In this document: positions 49,794 to 61,179 of the stretch, in pieces | Layout of the letters: each line of letters begins with the position of its first letter | Numbering within the stretch: the stretch's first letter is position 1 | Source: Haplodiscus bocki | Taxonomy: Eukaryota | Assembly: GCA_965655095.1 (NCBI GenBank) | Contig: OZ296648.1 | Location: 159,836,001-159,900,000 of the forward strand | Length of the DNA: 64,000 bases | Direction: 5' to 3' | Made by a program: the position numbers and the translations under genes | The notes under the pieces: generated by a model | The model's input: only the letters and a program-made list of their open reading frames with translations | What the model was told of the DNA's origin: nothing | Database searches by the model: none

Positions 49794-52700
49794 TCAGTGT
49801 TGCCATAACTTCAAGAAACTTGATGACGGAATCAGACAATAGTAGCTAAACATGATCAATTTATGAGAGAACAAAACAAACGAACAGCTCTCGAAGAAAT
49901 CGTTGTGTCCAAAATCTGGCTCATAGTCAAGAATGGGTGACTCTGATGGCACTTTCATTGAGTCTTGATTGTTTTTCTTCATGTCAGCATAATTAGGAGG
50001 TTCTGACATGTGAGACTCACATCTTTCAGATGCATTTTTCAAATCCAGACCTAAGTTCTTCATGCAAAAGCTGCACATTTGCCTGTTGTAGATAGCGCTA
50101 CCTTTACAAAGTGTGTCTTTGTCTCCAGAGGGTTGATCTGGGCGACATAAATACTTGCACTCGTCGTATTTGTTCGTTTGCACCGCTTTTTCCCATAAGC
50201 TTCGAACGTCCGCATTTAAAGTTACGCCATTCAACTTTTCCACTTTTTCAAGATCTTTGAAGGCCAGCTTTCCAATGTTCCAGATATCTATTTCCAACGA
50301 TCTGATCAGTTTTATATGTGGATACGAATCCTTGGTAACTGTAACATTGATGGACCCGGATATTGACAACAAATTAAACATTTTTCCTTTTCCAAAGCAG
50401 CTGGGATAAATATTGGGCGGAATGTTCTTAATTGCGGTAGAGAAGACGTCATTGAGAGTAACAGAGAAGTTATCGCCGGCAATATCAACTTTCGGAATTA
50501 TTTCACCTTTTCTATTAACATTTATACTTGTTTAAGCAAAAAGAATGCCGTTTTTGGTGAAAACATGAAAAAAATGACACAGTCTGCCGCCACTTAACTA
50601 TATTAATTAATTGTAAACAGTAGTGGGGAAAAGAAAACAACCTCCCTGCAAACTTGGGCATTAATTAGCCAATTTTTGATTTTCACTTAGAATTCTGTTG
50701 GTCGATATTTCGCCAATATGGGCTGTTTTTCGGATATTTCCAATTTGGCTCATTAAACAAAATTTTGGAAGTGTCTCCAAAAAATTCCTGGATCTTCTAA
50801 ATCCGATGATATATTTTGATTTCCAAAAAAACCATGAATTATGAATTTATCACAAATTTAAGGCATGCAAGTTATTTTAAACTGAAAAATTTTTCGCTGA
50901 AATCTCAAGTAAAGGCTAATGTAAACTAGGCTAATGTAAACTATAGAAAATTCTACGAAACTTTTCTGACAGAAGTTTTTTGAACTTCCGGAGTGGTTGG
51001 ATAAATTGATGAGTGACAATCCTAAGGAGGGCGATTTTTTCACACTACGCTAAGTCATTTGTCAGCAGAATGTGTCAGTTGTTAAATTACCGATGTTGAA
51101 TTACCGAATTAGCGAAAACTATTTTAGGTGAACACCGCAAAATTGATTTGAGCCAATCTAAGATAATTTTTAACGATTATCCAACAACTCTCAACGAAAA
51201 TTTTTTGCAAATGGTTCGCTTCCATGAAGAGCTATTTTTGAACTGGCTAAGAGCTTTAAATCTTGGGGTTAATTACGTTGTTTTCCGTAATGTGTGTACC
51301 TATTTATCGCCAATGCTGAAAGTCGATATGCTTTTCCATCACCTTTACACTTGTCGAAGCAGGGAAGTTTTCCAGTGTCACCGTAGAATAGAATGTGGAT
51401 TCCGTTTCTTGTTGGAAAACCGTCAGAAATTACATTCTTTCAGAAATATGCGGTGAATTTGCATTGTATTGATTCAAAAAATAAAATATTGGAAGTTAAA
51501 TTTCAATGCATGCAAATTGTTCGACAACTTTTTGAGGAAAAATTTCAAAGTTTTGACAGTTCTTTCATAAATTACAAGTCTGCTGATGAGTAGTTTCAAA
51601 AGATATAATTATAGTTTCAATTAAAAAGTTGCAAACAGCCGAAATGTTACAGAATAGCACACAGACTTTGACATTTTCAATATCGTAGACGAAGTGAAGA
51701 TGTTATCAGAATTTGGTCATGTCCATTCTTTTGCAGATCTGACTATTTGGGATGTGAGAATCCACACTTGTTGGAATACGTAGCCTGCTTTGTTCGTCAG
51801 CTGAGTTATTTGCGTCATTACCACAACAATCAGTTGCCTCTTTTAGAGGCTCACTCGTCTTACAGAGGCCAAGCATTAGTCTGGACGCCAATTTTTTATG
51901 CTTTCATTCCGCAATTATTTGCTTTGAAGCTCAGTATCGTACAAAATTTTCAGATTTTTCGGCTACTTGTTGAGAAGTTATGGCAAAACTCTAATCTATC
52001 ACAGACCAGAGCTTGTTTTTGGTCGAATTTGCAATATTCTTGTTGCAAAAAACAAATCGAGCTATTTTGGCTATCTCGACACTTCTTTGTAAAATTTGAA
52101 GTATCTAACCTTGCTACGAAAGAATCTAACTCATGTAACTTTGGAATGGGAAACAATAAGACTCGTATGAACGACAAATTGAACTCTGGTTCGGATCCCA
52201 GTATTTTTGGGATGCTTTCGTATGAGAGAATGTTAAAAATCGAGCTGAACTAGTTTTTTGTTGACAGCTTTTGATTGTCAAAGTGTTGAATCTTGGCTCA
52301 AAGGCCTCCAAGGGATCTCAAATTCGCAATGATACACCAAGAAGACTCCTATCGACGGCATTTAAACGTTGGATCCTGTAGAAAAAATTATCAGTAGGTC
52401 TTTTCTGCGACAGAATCTTGAGAATTGAGCGGATTTGGTTACTTTGACCATACCTAATCATATTTGGTGCGCTGTATTTTTGCATACAAGCCTCCAAATT
52501 ACCTAAAAGGGGCATGAAGGAGATTCTTTTTGACGAAATTTTAAATTATGGTTCCAGTTCAATTTTTTTTCGAAAAGCTTTTCCTCTAAAGATATTTGAA
52601 AATCCAGGTTCTACGGGTATTCTATTCCTACTTTAGAATAAGTGAACAATATTGACGGACATAATAAAGCCTTCATTGTTTCGACAATCAAGCCCTGAAC

Positions 52701-52979
52701 TTGCCTATTATTTTAATAAAAAATTTTGACCAAATGTAGCAGAAATAAACGTTGATCCAATTTTACATAAAAGTTTCATGTATATATAGAAGGGTCGTCG
52801 GTTTTGATGTTGTCTGCGATGAAGTGATGGATCTTCAATTCAAGAACGATTTGTTTTCTATAATTTTTACAGCAACATTTTCTGTTTTCCGGGATGACGA
52901 GGAGCGCTCGCTCGGCAATCCCTATCATTCGCTCCTACAGTAAAAGTTCAGTGAGGTCACACTCGTTTTTTCCCACTAC
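49794..52979 (-). pseudogene. Spliced, partly disabled gene for a Cys-rich/LRR-like, possibly GPI-anchored protein
   Basis: Putative exons 52979-52767, 52502-52454, 52375-51300, 50511-49794 with GT-AG ends and compatible phases. The upstream ones carry in-frame stops and frameshifts. The last exon is an open 239-codon frame with an LRR-like IWNIGKLAFKDLEKVEKL, a Cys cluster and a hydrophobic C-terminal tail. Confidence 0.5.
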
Positions 52980-55900
52980 CTGCGAACATGAAAATCTTTG
53001 ATATTTCTCAGGATCGGCTTCACTCAGCAATTCTTCTGCTCCCTTAATGCTTCTACCGTTGTCAGACATCCTTTATGTTGGTTAGCCACGCAGAGAAATG
53101 AAGTGGTAAAGCGTATTCAAAGATGAATCCCTTGCAAGAACTAGGAAGTTTTGAATGGTAATTTTCGAGATAGCTTCTTAATGCGGATTTTTTGAAATTT
53201 TCCCAGTAAAATTGTCATGCAAGTTTCAAAATTCTATTTATGCTTTTGAGTTCAAAAAAGGAACAAAATTTCAATTTTTTCAGAATCACATTGGTTTTTT
53301 GAAGTTTTTCAGGTGCCATGGAATTTCTAAAAATTTACCGTGGTCAATAAAAAGCCGGGGGGTGTGGTCCCAACTCAAAACCTGGCGGCCTGGTTGAGCT
53401 CAGAAGCAAAAGGTTTACAAGACGTGATCAACGGACGGGCGTAGCTGCCTCTCAATAAATTGACCCAATTGATGTAGGCTTTTCGTTGGAGCCCAACGGA
53501 TGAGGTACAAAGGCGTGAAATTCACGCCTGATTACAAGTAAAAAAATACTTGAAAGAACCAATAAAAAAATCAAATCCGTGGGATCGTCCAAGAAACCTC
53601 CTTGGGCATTAAAAGATAGTATAAGCCTAATAACTGAGACTTCACGTTTTCTCCTTAATGCTTTTTCTGAAGTAGGAAGATTGCCTATTCATCTCAAACA
53701 AAACAATTATTCCAGGTTTTGACTAAGGTGACACAGAAATTCCAAAAAAAACAATAAATTTACCGCCGTTACAGCTGTTTTATCCGAAGATTTTGAAAAA
53801 CAATGTTCGAGAACAGATACCAAAGAACGTTTGAAAATATTAAACTGATGAGCTCTTTAGGAGTTGGTTCAGAAAAAAAAATTGAACAACACATGCGCCT
53901 TTTTTGGCAGCAAAGAACACATAGAAAAGAGTTGATGGCAGAAATTATGTGAGTGCAGCATTCTTTGACCGACTAAGAATTTTTAATTCCTTTTGCATCG
54001 AATTCTGTTTGGAAAAACTCAGTGAACTTAGTTCTGATCCAACACTGTTTTCTCAAAAGAGTAGTTTTTGAATCTGGCGTATCAAAAAAATCGATTTTGC
54101 TTCAGTCGGGCTTTATATCTATCAAGGCGTACTGCACCGTACTCTGGTAGGTCCACTTCTTTTTATTTCCTAGTCAAGAGCATTCAGTACGTAAACGAAG
54201 GACATACAAAGCTAGTACAGAAAGTTAACGAGACATTTGATTTTATACAAGTCAGGACATAAAAATGAGAATAAAGCAATTTGGAGGTAACAACAAAAAA
54301 TATTCGACTATTTTTAAAACCATCTTTTGTACACAAAACAAAACTGACAAACCTAGCTTATGGTTTTGTGCAAACCATCTAGAAACCAGACTTTTGATGA
54401 CTTTGGTAGAAAATCCAAGAAATATCGATAAAAAAGACTTTGTTGAAGGTCTCGAAGTTCATTTTGACATTAACAGAAAATTGACCTGCGAGAACAAAGA
54501 AAATAGTATTCCGAGAAAATACAATTTATCTTGTCCGAAGTTTTCCACCGTCAAAATAGACACCAAAATCTGAATGCCTTATTTCGAGTCATCTGTATTA
54601 TTCTTCGGTGCTTACAAATGGAATGCTCAAAATCTTTACTTTGACTTTAGAAGAACAATTGAATTGGGGAATGACAGCCTGTTTTAGTAGACTAAAACTA
54701 AAATCGGCAACTAACCGAGCATTTAGCTTGAGTTTTTTGCAGCTTGAAACTTTTTAGATTCAGAACCATATAGTTTCTCTCTGGAAACAAAAGAGAAAAT
54801 TGTCACGAGAGTTTTCCAAGCTAAAACTAACAATAAGTGATATCAAAGCAATGAAGAACTGCAAATCGGTTACACAACAGTTTTTGCACGGCGGAATATA
54901 TCATTACTTCGTTTCCACGAAATAGTTTCACCCGTATGGAAAACTTTGATTGAAAAGCAAAGGCACGAAACCATCAAATATAAACTGAAGAAGTATTTCC
55001 GTGGAAGGTCTGTTTACGAGAAAGTTAGATACAATGAAGTAGTCAAAAACAATGAGTGGTCATCGCTTTAGATACTTAAAAAAGTTTAAATTTCAATTTA
55101 ATTTCTCTTTTTGAATTTGAACACTGATGTCATTTTGTGGTAAGTTTTTTACGTTCTCAAAATCCGAGGAAAAAAGCTTTCTCAAACTGCTGCTTGACCG
55201 GTATTTCGAAATGACTGGTTAAGAAGCAGGTGATAAAAAAAATAGGGTACACTGGTGAGATAGTTGTGGCAACAGAGAAAAACTTATCGGTAACAAGCTT
55301 TAGGGAGGTGTGGTAAAAGCATGTCCGCTAAAGAACTCCTGGTGATGGCTGAGGCAGCTTGCTCTCGGGCAACTTAAGTAGTTTGAGATAGATGGTTTTA
55401 GTAAATTAAAGGTTTTATGTAGTCCCATGAACTAATAAATAAACAGCTTCAAGAACATTTTAAACATAGATACTTTGGAGCCAGAAATGGCTCAAAAACA
55501 AAACGTGTCATCACTTTTTACACAAACTCTCGGTACTTCAAGGACCTCATGTATTTATTACAACTTAAAAAATCAATTTGACTTCAGAACAGACCAATTT
55601 TGACATTTTTCAAGAAACAATTAGGTAGGGAAAGTTTGTGACCACCATCAAAAATCAGTAATCAAATTATTGGAGTCAGTCCCCTGGCGATGCTGATAAA
55701 TTTTTACACCAAATTTTGAGTTTTCTTTCCAAAAACCTGTTGAAAACATTCTAAGCCACTCCAAAAAACTAAGCACGTGATTCCATTTCTGCCTCATCAA
55801 AATGTGGTTCATTTTTCTACATGTCATTGTCTACAATTGAGGATTGGAAGTTGACAAAATTCCTTGAAATAGACAAAGACACATAGATTTTTCAGTTTTT

Positions 55901-58900
55901 CGCCACAAAACTTATCCAATAAAAACTACTGTGAGAGAAACGAAAGTGCTGTTAAAAAGAAATTAGGGTTTTTTGCCATTCGTCCGCAAAATATTGGTTA
56001 TTTTGAAGCTCATCTCCTCCAGCACAGGACTAAGAATTGAAAATACCATCTTCCAGCATTTCCCGATAATTAAGACAATTTTTTTGACCGCAACCAAAGT
56101 GCATTAGCTATTACACTGGAGTATCTGTGCTATTCTTCTTCAAAGTTTTGCTAATTTCAGAAGTTGTCTTTCGCGATACAGGATTAAAACACAGCAGAAT
56201 ACATTGGAGAACATCAATTTTTAGGTGTTTTTGCCCAAAAGCCAGTTGAAAAGCCTCTCAACTAAACCAAAATTTTGTAGCTAAATTATGGTAGAGCGTT
56301 TGCAAAATATTCGGTTCGTTTATCACCGACTTTTTTTTTTGATATAGGCATAAAGCTTGAAAAAATACTGAGGAAGCTCGATTATGATTCTTTCCTCCCA
56401 AAATCATCTGATAAAAGATATTACAGTAAAAATATGGAATTTAATTCATATCAGCTTGTTGCCATTCTTCTTTGAATTAACGGTCATTTTCAAATTTATC
56501 TGCTGGGATACAAGATTGAAACTTTTTCATCAAAATGGCCAAAAGTGCTTAATTTTTAATTACTTACTCGCAAAACATTAATCGACAAAATTTCTGACAG
56601 CATCGAACATATAGTGGTTGATAGATCTGAGTTTTCTTGTCAATCCTATACAAAACTAAAATATTTTGAAAATTTCGGTGCCATGTTAAAAATTTTGATT
56701 TGACAGAAATCCAAAGCGTACCCGAAAAGCTCTCATGTTGTAACTTTCCTTCGAAAGGGCATATATAAAAAACTCATTGCAATTGAAAACTAAAACGTGG
56801 TAGAATATATTCTTAACGTAAAATCTCTTTGAAAATCTGAAAGAGCTGTCAAAAACGTTTTACAAAATTTTGGCGATGAACAAAAATTTGGCTTCATAGA
56901 AAAACTTCACATTGCACCCAATATTTAGTCGATGATAAGCGGGAGTCTCCTCGTTCAGCCTGTGCGAAGTTTACGCATTCCGGAAACCTATATGCGAAAT
57001 GAAAATGTTTTAATTGTGGCAAAGCATAGTCCAAGTCGCTAAAAAAGCAGTATTTTCAAGTTTGTTCAGCAGAATTTCTTTTAAACCGAAACCTAAATTT
57101 TTCTCATGGTAGATCTGCAGGTTGTCGTTAGGTTTCTACAAAGATCAGAAAAATCCGTCAACCAACGCTTGAGTAAGTATTTGGCGCTCACCAAAATTTT
57201 GCAGGTGCATGGTGGAACGGGACAAATTAGCAAAAATTCCTTTGCCCTTGGACTTACCAGTGCTGCTGTCTCAGGAGGTATTGCTCGCCTGATTACACTG
57301 GACTTTTTATTTGTGTTATAAACAATCCGGAAACGGCTAGAATTGGTGCCGTCGAAAAAACTTAACCTGCTGAAAAAAGGAGCCTGATAAACGTTTGTTC
57401 TTTCGGTTTTTTCAAAAAATTTCGTGTTTCTACATTTTTGCGACTTACGCCCAGTTTTGGCTGAGCATATGAGTAGTCTGTAAACTCTTCCGGAAACTTT
57501 TCAGTCTCGCAATCCCAAATCTCTGTAGAGAGAGACCTTGTATTTTTTTACAATTCCGCTAATCTGGACTGCTTCCATTTGTTAGTAGGTGCTCCACAGG
57601 GAAACTACTTTTTTGCAGAACCGTTTTCAATTAATTAGTTTTGGTGAAAGAGTTGTAAACAGCAAAACATGTTACTCTTTCTTGTGGTTTCACATATGGT
57701 AGTTTTACCAATAGTTCACAATGTGCTGGTCGAAGGTTATATGTCCAGTTTTTGATATAGTTTGTTACTTCTACGACAAGGAGTCCACCAATAAGTAAAG
57801 TTACTTGTTTTGTTCTTCAGTCAGGTGATCAATGTATAGTAAGTTTCTTGACACACGATCCTGTTGCCCAATCAGTTGTTTCTCTAGAATTACTATCAGT
57901 TCCAGACCCATTCCAATCAAATATATTGAAAAACAAACGAGAATACTGACTACCAGAGATTGGAAAAGCAATACGTTAAGAAGATCCTGGGTGTTTACAA
58001 TGTTCTAATTCCACAAAAAATTTTCTGTAGAATTTTTTTACTTCTTGCTGATGAAACAAGGTTGCATAAATGAATATAAAACGTTTTCAAGCAATCATCA
58101 TGTTCTACGAGTTGGTTTTCAACTTGATTTCAAACTTCTATCAAAGATTTGTTTCTGAAGGGTCAGGAAAAACTTACCTACTCAGTTTTGTCAGCGCTGA
58201 TGTTTTATCCCAAGACGCTTTCAAGGATAATTTTATGATATTTCGTTCGAAATAATGCAACACGTACAAAATCGTCATCCTCATATTGCACCTGATCGGC
58301 TGGTAAACTTATTTCACGCAGCATACTATTTACCTAAAAACTGAACAGCAGGGAATGTAAAAAGGTACTTGATATGAATAAAGTTAGTAGGATGATGCTA
58401 TTGGTAAAGCAGTTTTGTGGAAAAATACTTAATCTGCGATACGTTGTTGTTGTCACAGTTAAAACTTCAATTTTTTTTCGCAAAATCATCTATATAATTG
58501 ATTTTTTTCAATATCCTGATGCATTTCCAGACAGCGTTCCGACAAAATTATTGTCGTTCATTGTTTGTCCATGTAAATTATCCGAACAATCAAAAAGAAC
58601 AATACTCAAATTCACAGCAACTTTGGATGTAGAATTCTCAAAGTAACTCATTTAATCATACGGAACTGTTCTATCCGAATAGTTTTTTGGAGGTTAGCAT
58701 GTTTCCTGAATGAAACACGTATCAAAGGTTTGACGAAACGTGACTACAAAACATTGAGATCCTGCCTTGACGCACTTGGAGGTCCAGTGTCTTTTGCAGT
58801 ATTCCTAGTGATTTTTCGCCCTTAAATTCAAATGAGCTGAGTCAAAGCTTTCTCAATGATTAAGTTAAACAGAGAAATCACGACTGCAATAACTTATTGG

Positions 58901-59873
58901 GTGCTTTCCAACTTGCATTAGCCAAATGTTTTAAGCCAAATTGTACAAGCTTGAAGGAAGAAGAAACGACTGAACAGTACATAACGAGGTGCCACTTTTA
59001 CAGCAACATCTGAATTGAAATCCAATCAAACATTTTAAACCACTCGCAAACTAGAAATGCCTGGGATGTGTGAAAACCCACTTTAGAAATGCTGAGCGAA
59101 ACAAGATGAATGGATTTTTCACAACAGCGAAAACGGTGTTCAACCCTCAAATTCTTTTCGAAAATTTTGCTTTGATGAAATTTTTGTACACAATTTGGAA
59201 CATTTTGTTACTGTCCAACAGTGATTGCCAGGAACATTTGCTTTGGAAAATTTGCTTTCTTAATATTGTTAGTAAAATATTCATTTATAATATTATTGTT
59301 ATTAATAATCTTTCTATTTTCAATTATATTGTTATTAAATATTATTATTATTATTATTATCATGTTTCTGATAAATTTTTTTCAAGAATTAATTTTACTA
59401 TTATGATTACTAATCTAAATATTGTTATTATAAATATTATTATTATTATTCTTTTTAAAAGGTTATCATTAAAAACATTATAATCACTATTGTTATCATT
59501 AAAATAGTTTTATTTATCAAAATCTTTTTAATATTATTGGTAGTTTTATCACTGTTAATATTTTTAAAAACAGCAACACTATTACTTTTCTATTACTTTT
59601 AATATTAATACTATAATTCCTCTCACCAGTTTCCGAAAACTTTATATATTTTTCAATATTAATAATAGCTTTGTTATGGAAATTTTTAAAATACTCTTTG
59701 TAATTATCTCTATTGTTTTTGAAAACACTAAAATTATTCTGAATATTTCACCGTTTTAAATAGTTAATACAGTATACATAGAACATTAATTAATGATTTT
59801 TATCAATTACTGTGTTATTTTTGTCAGAATGTTTTTAATGACCTCTATCAGTCTTTTTACTTATGTTGATTTT

Positions 59874-61179
59874 GTTGTCAGGACATTTCGTCCTATGCCA
59901 TTTCAACCGCTGCAATTTCAACCGCTGCAATTTCAACCGTTCACACTTTCAACCGTTCACACTTTCAACCGTTCACACTTTCAACCGTTCACACTTTCAA
60001 CCGTTCACACTTTCAACCGTTCACACTTTCAACCGTTCACACTTTCAACCGTTCACACTTTCAACCGTTCACATTTTCAACCGCGTGTCATTTCAACCGC
60101 ATGCAATTTCAACCACCGCAAATTCAACCGCTTCAATTATATAGTAATCAATAAATTACAGTAACTAAGTGTAATTAAGATTAATCCTTTTTAAACGTAA
60201 TAATTAAAATAAGGTTTGAATATAAAAGCGTCGTAGTTACCGGATTCAGCAATTTACACACCGATGATAGGAAATTAACACAGTTCGCACCTAATCGTAA
60301 TCGAAATTGCGTAAAAATTTTGAGCCATTCAGTATTCCATTAGCAGCACCTATCAGACGTTCCAAAATGCAAGTTCAAATTATAGAATCAAACCGAGGCG
60401 GAAAAATTGCACTTCACGACGGCCACTCATATAATCAGAAACAATCAACTAATAACTGTATCCACTGGCGTTGTACAAAATATTATAAGTTGGAATGTCC
60501 CGCAATCTTGAAAACTAAAAACGTTTAGACATTTATAGTATGTTTTTTTTCTTTTTTTTCTGTAAATATTCTTTTTTTGTCTTCTGAATAAAATTCCGTT
60601 TTTCTTTGTTTTTCGCAGAAAAACAATCATTACGTGAAGGGATATTTGATTTTTTGTCTTGACGCCTCCTTGCAGCCTCCCGGAGTGTGTCTCAGAACAT
60701 TAACATGACTGGCTGTACAGTTTAATCCAAGAAACATTGTCTCCTGTGAGATCGGAAGTACATTTGGACTACGGGCTGGCTAACCCTTTAGAAAAATGTT
60801 CAAAGCCGGTGACAAGAAATCAAAGTCCCTTCGACTTTGTTGTCCTAGTGAGATGCTAATTGCATCTGATTTCTTCCTAATGGCGTTCAGAAACATCATT
60901 TTCAAGTTTGGTACATATGGCAGTTTGTCCAATATGATCTTTGGAAATTACGTAACACTGTCTTATTGATGACGTTTTATTGATTCTATAATTACTTTAC
61001 TTGTTTTCGAACGTCTTGAAAAAAATGAATAACCTTGAACTTAAATAAATAGGTCGAATTTGTGGTGGTTGAATTTGCAAGCGGTCGAAAAGGCCAGCGG
61101 TTGAAATTGTAAACGGTTGAAATTGCAGCGGTTGAAATTGCAGCGGTTGAAATGGCGTAGTACAAAATGACATGTAACC
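59874..61179 (+). mobile_element. Mutator-like (MULE) element with long repetitive TIRs and a FLYWCH zinc-finger remnant
   Basis: Exact 9-bp TSD gttgatttt (59865-59873, 61180-61188); TIRs built of atttcaaccgctgca units; 60367-60528 encodes MQVQIIESNRGGKIALHDGHSY...IHWRCTKYYKLECPAILKT, the FLYWCH pattern found at MULE transposase N-termini. Confidence 0.88.
59931..60074 (+). repeat. 16-bp tandem repeat (tttcaaccgttcacac) x9 in the left MULE TIR
   Basis: Directly visible; explains the repetitive ORFs 59793..60164 and 59863..60144. Confidence 0.95.

Noticed and set aside
52767-52979. Stop-codon reassignment or readthrough to explain in-frame stops
   Set aside because: All three stop types plus frameshifts occur, and AGL reads normally in the standard code
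53490-53880. Hammerhead-ribozyme-like cores (cggatgag...gaaa; ctgatgag)
   Set aside because: Required stem II/GAAA geometry and flanking stems are absent
59793-60164. Repetitive ORFs and a CRISPR-like appearance of the 16-bp array
   Set aside because: Head-to-tail repeats without spacers, part of a MULE TIR; no cas genes; eukaryotic context
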